A stretch of 64,000 nucleotides of DNA. Source: a virus. Below the pieces are notes generated by a model. The model was given only the letters and a program-made list of their open reading frames with translations. It had not been told where the DNA came from and ran no database searches. The DNA is taken from positions 1-64,000 of IMG/VR virus record IMGVR_UViG_3300046779_001412; one strand, 5' to 3'. Every line of letters begins with the position of its first letter. Positions within the stretch are counted from its first letter, which is position 1. A program made the position numbers and the translations under genes. This document shows positions 1 through 8,778 of this stretch, in pieces.

Positions 1-1
1 G

Positions 2-1585
2 ACTTACACCAATCGAGCGTAGATCCTGTCCTTGTGTGGTTTCTAATTCAGGCTCGTCACGTTCTTCTTTCCAGAGTTTTTCGTTTTCTGCTATCTCGTC
101 TTCAGTCAGACCTAGGAATCGTTGCATCATGAATCTCTTGCTCATGTAAGGCAACTGTTCTAGCGATGCAAAACTACTGATCCGACTAGCATCCAGTTCG
201 CTTTGACGATAACTGGCAAAGTTCTGCGGTGGATTAAACTTAAGATCAAACAAGCCCGAATCAATGTTAAATCCGCGCCAGGCCAAGAACATCTTGAATT
301 CATCATCAAGCTTCTGCACAATGGCCTGCTGCAAGCGTTCACAATATTGATTAAAGCGATATTCTTGGATCAGTGCTGTACCCACTTTGCCATCATTCAG
401 TGCACGATCTGAGTCGTCTGGTCCTGTGGGCAAATAGCTTGAAGGCACTCGTAATCCACGTGCCATTTTGTTGTTGAAATACTTTAGATCGTCAATCTCG
501 CCTAGATTCTGTCCACCAGGCAGGGTTTCTACTGTGCTTCCCCGGCCATCAGCTGTTTGGGGGAAAAAGTAATCTTCACCAATACTCAAGGGATTGTAAG
601 CTGAATCCATGATGTTTTGTCCGCCGCCGCCCACTGTGGGAATACGACGCTGATGCATCTCGTTTTTCACACGTTCCACAAAAGCCATGGCCATATGGCT
701 GGGCATGTTGCCCACATCAATCTTAAAGATTCTGCGCTCAGGAGCACGTTGTACACGATAGATCAAGATAGCATCTTCCAGCAGTTCTTTCTGCTTGAAC
801 ACCTTGAAAATGTTTTCTAGGATGCTCTGTCCAAAAGGCCAAAATGGATCAAGTCCTTCGTTCAAACTCATATGCACTACGTGCTTGGCATCAATACAGC
901 TTTCGTTCATGGCTCTACTAAATCGCCCGGTGTTGGTCTGTGTGTTGGGCATTGTATAGCTAAGATTGGTCATGTTACCGCCGGTTGGCGGATTTACCAT
1001 GTAGTCCTGAGATGTTTTTTGCGCAATGGTCAGGCTCTCAAAGTTGGGATTGATGTCGCGTATGATATACTGCTCAGGACGCTTGCCCTCGCTTTCGTTT
1101 ACAATAATACGTGATACCTTGGTCATGTCAACCCAGTACATCTCAAAAGTTTCTGGATCGCGTACAAAAACCTGATCGCCATACTTAATGGAGTTACGGA
1201 ACAGTTTAAAGATTCTTTGATCTAATTGATTGAGTTTAACCCACTGCTGTAACTGCTTTTTGATGATTTCTATTTCGTGATCAGTGGGAGTGTCTCTAAA
1301 CTTAATTTCAAAAGGAGTTTCGTTTTGTTCGTTGAGCTGTGTGGAAAATTCTGCAATGATGTCAAGACAAGCATTGATTTCTGAATCACTATCCATCATT
1401 TCATATTGATTGTAACGTTCAATACGATTGGGATGTCCGGTATACACCTCAGGCAGTCTGCTTGCATAGTTTCTAAATGCAAAATCTGTCTGTGCTGAGT
1501 AACTTGAATACCCTTGATTCCTACCACTGATAGGACTCATTGTTCCTGTGGTGTCAGCTATCTTGAAATACTTGCGCCATGTCAT
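2..1585 (-). CDS. gp20: Portal protein (T4 gp20-like), 3' end runs off the window
   Basis: Not in ORF track. Hand translation from ATG at 1585 gives MTWRKYFKIADT...HPNRIERYNQYEMMD..., with gp20 motifs RAPERRIFKIDVGNMP and EDYFFPQTADGRGSTVETLPGGQNLGEIDDLKYF. Confidence 0.92.
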   Translation of the reverse strand, partial: MTWRKYFKIADTTGTMSPISGRNQGYSSYSAQTDFAFRNYASRLPEVYTGHPNRIERYNQYEMMDSDSEINACLDIIAEFSTQLNEQNETPFEIKFRDTPTDHEIEIIKKQLQQWVKLNQLDQRIFKLFRNSIKYGDQVFVRDPETFEMYWVDMTKVSRIIVNESEGKRPEQYIIRDINPNFESLTIAQKTSQDYMVNPPTGGNMTNLSYTMPNTQTNTGRFSRAMNESCIDAKHVVHMSLNEGLDPFWPFGQSILENIFKVFKQKELLEDAILIYRVQRAPERRIFKIDVGNMPSHMAMAFVERVKNEMHQRRIPTVGGGGQNIMDSAYNPLSIGEDYFFPQTADGRGSTVETLPGGQNLGEIDDLKYFNNKMARGLRVPSSYLPTGPDDSDRALNDGKVGTALIQEYRFNQYCERLQQAIVQKLDDEFKMFLAWRGFNIDSGLFDLKFNPPQNFASYRQSELDASRISSFASLEQLPYMSKRFMMQRFLGLTEDEIAENEKLWKEERDEPELETTQGQDLRSIGVS

Positions 1586-1592
1586 GATGTAT

Positions 1593-1598
1593 TATTTA
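1593..1598 (-). promoter_or_regulatory. Putative late promoter (TAAATA) for portal
   Basis: TAAATA on minus strand 7 nt upstream of the portal ATG; resembles the T4 gp55-dependent TATAAATA and recurs before other structural genes. Confidence 0.55.
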
Positions 1599-1601
1599 CC
1601 G

Positions 1602-3998
1602 TTAAGCCCGCTGGTGTTGTAACATTCGTCCTAGCAAATCGTTTTGATCTCGCTGCAAACGCACCATGTCATTAAGACGTTCAACTAGAACTAACACACT
1701 GTCTGAAGCACTGGCGTTGTTACCAAGATTGCGTATGCTTTCAGTAATAGTCTGTACCATTTTTTGCATGTTCAAGGCCACTGGTACTGACTCGCCGTTA
1801 GGTAAAGGAATTACAGCTTCTCGATTATGTAGTATAGCAGGATATCCAGAATCTGGTCCATCAAAGATGCCTCCCATTCTAGCTTTAGGTATCTCCACGT
1901 GAAAATGCCCGCCAGTTGATCCTGAGCTTGGATTATGATATTCGTCAAGAATGTATTCTGCGCCTAATGCCTTAAGAGTTGACATTATCTGCTCGGCTCG
2001 ACGCTTACTTGGTTGCTTAGTAAGTGTAAAATCTAGTGCAAGACCTTGATTGTGTTGACTAGCTTTGTTCTTATGAAAGTTATCATTAAAGCTAGAAAAA
2101 TAGTTAAACTCAGGAATGCTTGCCTGAATCATTTTGGCTAGATCAATTAATCTTTGATCAACATAGGCATCTTCCCGCTGAACATCGCCCCGCTTTATTA
2201 CTAAACCTGAATCTTTCAGACTTTGAGCTGACATTTTTTGTTGAGGCGCGGGTGCAGCCTCAGCGCCACTTTTTGGTGCTTCAGGCTTGCCTCCTGGGTA
2301 GGTAATTGTTCCACTTTTTTGACGTTTGCCTGCTTCGGCTTCTGCACGATCTGCATCAGCTTTATCTAACTTAACCATGCCCCAAACACCATACCATCCG
2401 TCGTCTTTCTTCTCAACTTCACTGGGGTAAAGATCATCAAGCCGCACTTTAGACCCAACAGCGGCACCACCAGACTTAGCAGCACCAGTTTTACCCTGTG
2501 CAGGTGCTTCTGGCCGCGGCTGTTTCAATATCTCGTACTTGATGAAATCTACAGCTGAGGTTAATGCCTTGAACATGTCTTTTATAGTGCCAGTGATAAA
2601 ATTGAACAACTTACTCAGCCCACTGGTCAATGTTGATGCCATATCAGTGAAATTGCTAATAATTTCCTGCATAGACAAAGCTGTGTTTTTCTGTTCTTCT
2701 CTTGTTTCTGCCTGGGCCTTGACGCCTTTTTCTGTATTTGTAATAATTCGCTTTTGCTGCGCTTCTGCTTTTTCAAGCATCTTGCCAAGATCTCCAGCTC
2801 CCATGCTACCAAAATCTAACATTTGTGAGAAATTGGGTAGAAATTCGTTTAGCTTGTCATTGAATTTTGCTGTTTGAAGGAAACTCTGGGCCACACGGGT
2901 AACTGTCTGTTGCATTCGTGTAAGATACTCTTTTTCGTCAATCCGACCTTCGTTCAGATCTTGTTGCAATTTAAAAGCTTCACCATTGGTAGCATTAAAC
3001 AACTTTTGAGCTGCCACAGTTCCAAGATTTCCAGCAGTCAAATCTCTAAAACCTTGCGCCAGTTCTGGCATGCTTTCTGACATTACAAAATTAATTTTAT
3101 TAAGTTTGTTGATTAACTCCAGACTCCGCTCATCTCCCCTGTTTTTCAGTTCCTCAATTGTGGCACGGAAACGTTGCTCTCCAAGAGCTCGCTTCATTTC
3201 TTCTTCGTAAGCTTGTCGTTGACGACCTGTAATAGCAGCTAATGCTTCGGTTTCTATGAGATATTTGTTGGCGCCTTCTGCAATTTTGTCAAATTGCATT
3301 TTTTGAGCAATACCAAGGCGCGATTGTAAATTGATGTACTGAAGAAGTCCTTTGTTTTGCTCGACTGTATTGATTCCGAGTTTTCTTAGATCTAAAGAAT
3401 ACTTTGAAAAATCGTCACCAATAGCACCTAAAGCTTGACGTCCTGAAAAAACTGTGCCTTTAAACATTGCAAGGCCCTTGGCATTTTCATTGATAAGGGA
3501 CGTAAATTGTGTTAGACCTTCATTACCGTCGGCAATAACATAACCAAGACTTGCAGCATCGTTTTTTAAGCCTTCAAGTCCGTCGGCTGCAATACCACCA
3601 ACATCAGCTAATCTGGTATAGGCTTCGTATTGTGAATCAAGCTGTTTTGATGCTAGACCAATTGCTTTAGCTATACCAATCAAAGCAACACTTACTGCTT
3701 TGACTATTGGCCCGCCCATCAACAATCCAAATGCAGCCACAGCGGTGGCAGTGGTTTCTACAGCATCGTTAAATACCGACATGCCTTGAGCACCACTGTA
3801 GAGCTGTTTGGTTAAATCAGTATAAGCTTTGGTTACATCCGTGGCGCTTGTGCGTACTTGTTTGCTAAAGCCCTTGACCCCAACCTCTGAATCACGGAGA
3901 GAATCAGCAGTGCTAGCGTGCAGTTGGCCATACTGACGCATTTCTTCCATTAGTTGGCGTTGTAAGTCGGCTCGTTCTTGTTCGGTATAATCTGCCAT
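1602..3998 (-). CDS. Tail tape measure-like protein with C-terminal LAS/M15-type peptidase domain
   Basis: 798 aa, Ala/Gln/Lys-rich helical composition; SQHNQGLALDF (H-x6-D) and GGHFHVE (HxH); tape-measure-type C-terminal GGIFDGP...EAVIPL; adjacent to the gp26-like gene. Confidence 0.75.
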   Translation of the reverse strand: MADYTEQERADLQRQLMEEMRQYGQLHASTADSLRDSEVGVKGFSKQVRTSATDVTKAYTDLTKQLYSGAQGMSVFNDAVETTATAVAAFGLLMGGPIVKAVSVALIGIAKAIGLASKQLDSQYEAYTRLADVGGIAADGLEGLKNDAASLGYVIADGNEGLTQFTSLINENAKGLAMFKGTVFSGRQALGAIGDDFSKYSLDLRKLGINTVEQNKGLLQYINLQSRLGIAQKMQFDKIAEGANKYLIETEALAAITGRQRQAYEEEMKRALGEQRFRATIEELKNRGDERSLELINKLNKINFVMSESMPELAQGFRDLTAGNLGTVAAQKLFNATNGEAFKLQQDLNEGRIDEKEYLTRMQQTVTRVAQSFLQTAKFNDKLNEFLPNFSQMLDFGSMGAGDLGKMLEKAEAQQKRIITNTEKGVKAQAETREEQKNTALSMQEIISNFTDMASTLTSGLSKLFNFITGTIKDMFKALTSAVDFIKYEILKQPRPEAPAQGKTGAAKSGGAAVGSKVRLDDLYPSEVEKKDDGWYGVWGMVKLDKADADRAEAEAGKRQKSGTITYPGGKPEAPKSGAEAAPAPQQKMSAQSLKDSGLVIKRGDVQREDAYVDQRLIDLAKMIQASIPEFNYFSSFNDNFHKNKASQHNQGLALDFTLTKQPSKRRAEQIMSTLKALGAEYILDEYHNPSSGSTGGHFHVEIPKARMGGIFDGPDSGYPAILHNREAVIPLPNGESVPVALNMQKMVQTITESIRNLGNNASASDSVLVLVERLNDMVRLQRDQNDLLGRMLQHQRA

Positions 3999-4031
3999 GG
4001 TGCTTTCGTGAAATATAAGTACTTTACCTTA

Positions 4032-4038
4032 TATTTAT
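4032..4038 (-). promoter_or_regulatory. Putative late promoter (ATAAATA) for tape measure gene
   Basis: ATAAATA on minus strand ~33 nt upstream of ATG 3998; a variant ATAAGTA at 4015-4021 (+) precedes the divergent gene. Confidence 0.5.
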
Positions 4039-4891
4039 GGACATAAAAATGAACCAATCTGCTAACCCACTAAGCCAATTTTTCCGTCAACCTTCAATCT
4101 ACGTTCGGTTGCCCAGTGCCGGTAGGTTTTGGGCTCAAGGATCAATTGAAATACCCGAAAACGGCGAATTACCAGTTTTGCCTATGACAGCAATAGACGA
4201 AATCACGTATCGCACACCTGACGCACTATTCAACGGGCAGGCCGTGGTGTCGGTGATTCAAAGCTGCTGTCCAAATATTAAAAATGCCTGGGCAACACCG
4301 TCAGTGGATATTGATACGATTTTAACTGCTATTCGCATTGCCAGCTACGGGCACGATCTAGAAATGGCCAGCAAATGTCCGTCTTGCCAACACGAGCAAG
4401 AATACAGTATGGATCTACGCACAGTGCTTGATAGTCTGCGCTTACCAAACTATGACAAAACTGTAGTCACTAGCGATCTAGAAATTTATTTTCAACCAAT
4501 AACCTACAAGCAAATGTTTGACAATAACTCTTTACAGTTTAACGAACAACGAATTATTCAAGCTTTGCCTGACGCTAACATTTCCGAAGAAGAAAAAATC
4601 AGAATGCTCTCTGATGCCCTGTCCAAGGTCACCGAACTCACAATCAAGACTTTAGCCATGACTATTGTGTGTGTCAAAACTCCCGGGACATTAGTTGACG
4701 ACAAAAACTACATCGCTGATTTTTTAAAAAATTGTAACAGACAACTGTTTAATCAAATTAGAGATCATGTCGTAAGCCTAAGACAAGACAGTGAGCTAAA
4801 ACCTTTGCAGATCAAATGTGTTGAATGTCAGCACGATTACCAACAGCCTTTTACACTTGATCAAGCAAGTTTTTTCGCACCCGCCTCTTAA
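4037..4891 (+). CDS. Baseplate hub assembly protein / tail chaperone (T4 gp26-like)
   Basis: NPL..FFRQP.IY..LPS.G, MTA.DE, D.D.IL.AIRIASYG, two CxxC pairs, ends ..SFF; true start may be ATG 4049. Confidence 0.75.
   Translation: MDIKMNQSANPLSQFFRQPSIYVRLPSAGRFWAQGSIEIPENGELPVLPMTAIDEITYRTPDALFNGQAVVSVIQSCCPNIKNAWATPSVDIDTILTAIRIASYGHDLEMASKCPSCQHEQEYSMDLRTVLDSLRLPNYDKTVVTSDLEIYFQPITYKQMFDNNSLQFNEQRIIQALPDANISEEEKIRMLSDALSKVTELTIKTLAMTIVCVKTPGTLVDDKNYIADFLKNCNRQLFNQIRDHVVSLRQDSELKPLQIKCVECQHDYQQPFTLDQASFFAPAS
4870..4876 (+). other. Candidate -1 programmed ribosomal frameshift site (T TTT TTC)
   Basis: In-frame X XXY YYZ heptamer 4 codons before the stop; -1 frame is open and continuous with ORF 4918..5106. 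Confidence 0.65.
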
Positions 4892-4917
4892 CTTCTAGTC
4901 CGGAAGAAATTGAGGCC

Positions 4918-5106
4918 ATGGTCACTAACATGGACAAAGAAGCTGCTGCTTTGAAGTTTGAAGCTTTGAAGCTCAGCTGGTACATGCGTGGTGGCATTAG
5001 TTATGAGCACGCCCTACAGTTAAGCTACAATGAACGTCAAGCAGCAAACGAGATAGTTAAAGACAATTTAGAAACTACCAAAAAATCTGGTTTACCTTTC
5101 TTCTAA
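4918..5106 (+). CDS. Small baseplate/tail assembly protein (gp51-like); probably the frameshift extension of the upstream gene
   Basis: 62 aa, LSWYMRGGISY...LSYNER motif; in the -1 frame relative to the upstream gene. Confidence 0.65.
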   Translation: MVTNMDKEAAALKFEALKLSWYMRGGISYEHALQLSYNERQAANEIVKDNLETTKKSGLPFF

Positions 5107-5603
5107 TGGATTTCAATCAAGCACAAATAGATCTACTGCTATGGATCACTGGATTTGTAGAACAACCCAATGCACAGCTTCAAGGCTGGCCACCATGTCC
5201 GTACGCACGCCGAGCACGCCTAAGCGGCGAGTTTGAAATCAGGCAAGGGCGTGTTGATCCTTACCTAGATCTACAACAAGTCAACATGAATGAAAAAACA
5301 GTTGTGGCCTATGTGTATGATCCTCAAGATTTTCAAGGTGAGGAATTCAACCGTTTGGTAGATCAAGTTAATCAGGACTTTTTGGTGTCTAGAGATCTAC
5401 TGGCATTGGCAGATCATCCAGACAGTCCAGAAATTGTCAAGGGCGTGAAATTTAACCAGGGAACCTGGGCTGTGGTGTTTGTGCAACCACTGACCAAGCT
5501 AAATGAATTTGCCAAGATGCTAGCAGGTCAAGGTTACTACAAAGATTGGCCTGAAGATTATCTTCAGGGACTGTTTGCACATCGTGAAGATCCTAGAACA
5601 TGA
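5106..5603 (+). CDS. DUF1415-like hypothetical protein
   Basis: W...FVE.P......CPYA and LADHP motifs recalled from DUF1415; start overlaps upstream stop. Confidence 0.5.
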   Translation: MDFNQAQIDLLLWITGFVEQPNAQLQGWPPCPYARRARLSGEFEIRQGRVDPYLDLQQVNMNEKTVVAYVYDPQDFQGEEFNRLVDQVNQDFLVSRDLLALADHPDSPEIVKGVKFNQGTWAVVFVQPLTKLNEFAKMLAGQGYYKDWPEDYLQGLFAHREDPRT

Positions 5604-6040
5604 ACTATAAATTTGCACGCATACAATTAGATCATACCAATTACACGCCCACTGTGTTCTGGGCGTATCTAGACAAAACAGACTACAACATTGCTGCCTG
5701 TGAAGAAATCTATAGGCAGTACTGTACCTACAAAAAATTTGCATCAGTGATGCCTTTGTTTCGCAGCAGATTTCACGATGTCATGGCTGATGTAATTGGT
5801 TACTGGGATCAAACTAACCTTGTGGCTTTTAGCCTGATACGTAGATTTGACGAAACTAATGCATTGTGTGATCAGTTTGCTTGGACCTATCATAATCCAG
5901 ATCTGCACCTAGGCATAGAAACTTTAAAAACCGAATGTGCCATATACAAGCAACGCGGGTTTGAATATCTTTACCTTGAGCAGGCACAACTTTACAAATC
6001 ACAACTCAACGGCTTTGAACTCTTGGGACCAATTACATGA
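5600..6040 (+). CDS. GNAT-fold protein resembling the arginyl-tRNA-protein transferase (ATE/Bpt) C-terminal domain
   Basis: LHLGIETLKTECAIYKQRGFEYLYL...YKSQ..GFE matches the ATE_C-type SLG....L.EI..A...G..YLYLGY....YK pattern; ATGA-coupled. Confidence 0.55.
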   Translation: MNYKFARIQLDHTNYTPTVFWAYLDKTDYNIAACEEIYRQYCTYKKFASVMPLFRSRFHDVMADVIGYWDQTNLVAFSLIRRFDETNALCDQFAWTYHNPDLHLGIETLKTECAIYKQRGFEYLYLEQAQLYKSQLNGFELLGPIT

Positions 6041-6372
6041 GCGACCTATATACAATCTGGGCTGACAAACAAGGTGACATCAGTGATCTAGACTGGGTGA
6101 CAAACATGCGCAGTTTTTTTGACCATCTTGTAGAAGAAAACAAGATGGAGAGCTATCGTATCACACGTTGCAAGATGGGATTTAGATCAATACCTGACAT
6201 GCCGGAGTGGATGATAATCATGGAATTCACTGGTATGGCACAGATGGATGAAGCCTTTCGTCGAGTAGCGCCGCTGGAAGGTGAACTAGAAGACAAACAC
6301 CGCAGCTTCAATCAATTTGTAGCAGGCAACATTCAACACGCACTGTTTCGTGATTGGCCTGATCAGTTATGA
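6037..6372 (+). CDS. DUF6614-like (dimeric alpha-beta barrel) protein
   Basis: YTIWAD...SD...HL.EE...ESYRITR.K.GF...PEW.I.MEF..MAQMD.AF; ATGA-coupled. Confidence 0.5.
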   Translation: MSDLYTIWADKQGDISDLDWVTNMRSFFDHLVEENKMESYRITRCKMGFRSIPDMPEWMIIMEFTGMAQMDEAFRRVAPLEGELEDKHRSFNQFVAGNIQHALFRDWPDQL

Positions 6373-7391
6373 CTCAAATAGTGTGTGTCACTGGCACTCA
6401 CAATGTAGGCATAACTTTTCTAGATTGGAGCCTACATTGGCTTAGTGGTCATAACAGCGTGTATCACTGGCAACATGGCTGGCAACCAATCACCACAAAT
6501 CCATTAACTGGTTTAAATGCACACGCACACTACAAAAATCATTTGAGTGGCATTGCTGCTACTCAATCCGCACTTACACAATTATATTCCGTTGATACCA
6601 CATGGCATAGTATCTATCCTGTGGGGCCTGCTGTGGACCAACGAGCTAGAGATCTTGGTTATACAGCAGATGTTGTTCATGACGACACTGCATGGCAACA
6701 CATAATTGATCTGTGTGATCAAGAGTATGCCGAGGTCTGGAACTATTGTGCGCAACAGAACTGTGAACGAGTGTTTGTAGCTACCACAGTGAACAATGCG
6801 GTATATCATGCACACACCTTGGACCGAGCACAGCACGCGGTGATGTTTGCTGACCAACCACAATCTGATACCTTTCTGCGCATGCATGAATTGTTTTTTG
6901 CGCAGAGTCTGGCCACTGTGTCAACTACATGGGATCGCAGAGAACTCTTGGCTTTGAACCTACAACTGCATAGAGCACGCCTTGGGCACGAGCATCTTGA
7001 CTTCACCAAGCCGCATCATTGGATCAATTGTCACGAACTCTGGTATCATGCTCATCAGCTAGTACCAGTACTCATGAATCAACTTGCAATCCCGTTGCAA
7101 TGGGATCGGTGGGATCATTGGCAAACTGTGTATCAGAATTGGCAACAGATTAATTATCGCTGCGTGAAATTTCAATATGAACTAGATCATATTGTGGAAG
7201 CCATAGTCAACAACTGGTCATACCCGTTGCTAGAACTTAGTTTCCTACAGGAAGTAATGATTCAACATGAACTGCTTTACAAACACGGGCTCAACATCAA
7301 GAACTGGCAACTTGAACGTTTTCCGGATAACACACAAAAGCTACATCAGCTGCTTGAGATCAATCATCACCAGTTAAGATCTACTACGTAG
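6369..7391 (+). CDS. Hypothetical protein (His/Trp-rich; possible sulfotransferase-like P-loop start)
   Basis: 340-aa ORF coupled to the upstream gene; N-terminal IVCVTGTHNVGITFL. Confidence 0.6.
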   Translation: MTQIVCVTGTHNVGITFLDWSLHWLSGHNSVYHWQHGWQPITTNPLTGLNAHAHYKNHLSGIAATQSALTQLYSVDTTWHSIYPVGPAVDQRARDLGYTADVVHDDTAWQHIIDLCDQEYAEVWNYCAQQNCERVFVATTVNNAVYHAHTLDRAQHAVMFADQPQSDTFLRMHELFFAQSLATVSTTWDRRELLALNLQLHRARLGHEHLDFTKPHHWINCHELWYHAHQLVPVLMNQLAIPLQWDRWDHWQTVYQNWQQINYRCVKFQYELDHIVEAIVNNWSYPLLELSFLQEVMIQHELLYKHGLNIKNWQLERFPDNTQKLHQLLEINHHQLRSTT

Positions 7392-7439
7392 ATCTATTGA
7401 TTCGCTTGCGCTCATCAATGTGTTCGAGCAGAGCGAGAA

Positions 7440-7765
7440 TTTAGTTATCATCTAGATTTTTTGGTCATACTTGCCCGTTACCGGGCAAGTAGTCATCATC
7501 TGAGTTCGAACGATCACTTGTATAAAGAGATTGTGTTTCCACACGGAGGCGGTTGCGCTGTACCTCCTACTCTAGCCTTGACTCGCAACGGAACGCAGGC
7601 GACCCCATACAAGCAAAGTCCCTTGCGCCGCGGTTGTATCTTGTTCACATAGCCGCGATCATTTAGCCTAAGTTAGCCTATTCTTTGACACCCAAGATCC
7701 GCTGGCAACGAGCCTTACCTCGGCTAGCTCAATGGGGCTAAGTCACAACACTTAGCACAGAGTCT
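7440..7765 (-). ncRNA. Candidate large structured non-coding RNA of unknown class
   Basis: Largest intergenic gap in the window; at least six stems, GNRA tetraloops on the minus strand (GTAA closing a 10-bp stem at 7468-7491; GAAA at 7532-7543), long-range pairing between 7607-7614 and 7516-7523. Confidence 0.6.
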
Positions 7766-8778
7766 AATTGTGGTTTTAACCGGGAATAACAAAAGTTTGC
7801 AAAAGCAGTGTGTTGTATGGGGCCTGGGTGTGATGCATCTGTGCCTAAATCAAGCCAGTGTTGACGTATTTGCCTGTTGATATCAATGCGAATTGGATGT
7901 TGATAGTAATGAAAGTGTGGTATTTGCCTAAGTGATGTTATATATGCGTCCAGGAAGTTTGCGTTGAAAATTAATAATCTAGCACCAATTTTGTCACAAA
8001 AATTGGCCACTGCTTTGATGCAGTGTAATGATTGATACAAAGTGGTATCGCTGGTCAAAGCACGCAGCGGCCAGCTGTGTTCTAAATCTGGGTCTTCAAC
8101 ATGGCTATGCATGTTTAGATGCAGCATCTTGCTGTGATTTATAATCCATTGGCGATAAGGCCCAGTAATACCCCAGACCACAGTGTCACGCCAACGAATA
8201 TCAGATCTAAGTATCTGATCAGCTTGCCAAGCGTTACTGGCGCCGAGTTCGGCTAATACTGAATACTGAATGTTCAGCAATTTGGCCAAGGCGTAGCTCC
8301 AGGTCTGCGCAGGGTCAACTCCAATGCCAGCTGTGATACTACAACCTGCGGTCCATAGCTGCGGAGCGGAAGTTCGACGTTGGTCAACTAAGGGTAATAG
8401 CTCCTCAGGACGATGAATGTTTTCCAAACGATTCAATACTTTGTGATTTACATGCCGCTGTATTAGATATTCTGTGATACCACGAATACTATCATATGGA
8501 TCCAATGCATTGATTTTTTTATTGTCGCTCCATTGATGATCGGGCGGCGGACAGTACTCAATTACATCTGACAGTGCTAATAACTCGCAAAACTTATCAA
8601 CGGCTAGATCGCCCAATGATGTGTACACTGTGACATCTTCATGATCAGTGCGAATGAACTCAGCCCAGTTGGCATCATGAATTAAAAAAGCCATGGGGTC
8701 ATTTTGTCTAGCCGCTGCTCTTAGATAGGCATTTACATCACCAACATAGGTTGTTAGAGTGCCTTTAATCATGCACAC
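7738..8778 (-). CDS. Hypothetical protein with SGNH/GDSL hydrolase-like C-terminal domain
   Basis: AGCSITAG (block I-like), GASN, DASHPG (DxxH); probable start ATG 8772. Confidence 0.55.
   Translation of the reverse strand: MCMIKGTLTTYVGDVNAYLRAAARQNDPMAFLIHDANWAEFIRTDHEDVTVYTSLGDLAVDKFCELLALSDVIEYCPPPDHQWSDNKKINALDPYDSIRGITEYLIQRHVNHKVLNRLENIHRPEELLPLVDQRRTSAPQLWTAGCSITAGIGVDPAQTWSYALAKLLNIQYSVLAELGASNAWQADQILRSDIRWRDTVVWGITGPYRQWIINHSKMLHLNMHSHVEDPDLEHSWPLRALTSDTTLYQSLHCIKAVANFCDKIGARLLIFNANFLDAYITSLRQIPHFHYYQHPIRIDINRQIRQHWLDLGTDASHPGPIQHTAFANFCYSRLKPQLDSVLSVVT

Noticed and set aside
160-1114. Short ORFs at 160, 203, 617 and 872 in the ORF track
   Set aside because: They are shadows of the minus-strand portal gene, which the track missed because it runs off the window
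7461-7652. 63-aa plus-strand ORF in the intergenic gap
   Set aside because: TTG start, no SD, no recognisable motif; the region is better explained by minus-strand RNA structure
7440-7765. Assignment of the structured region to tRNA, tmRNA, RNase P, hammerhead or group I intron
   Set aside because: No cloverleaf or CCA end, no GAGGAAAGUCC, CAGATGA rather than CUGAUGA, and no interrupted host gene
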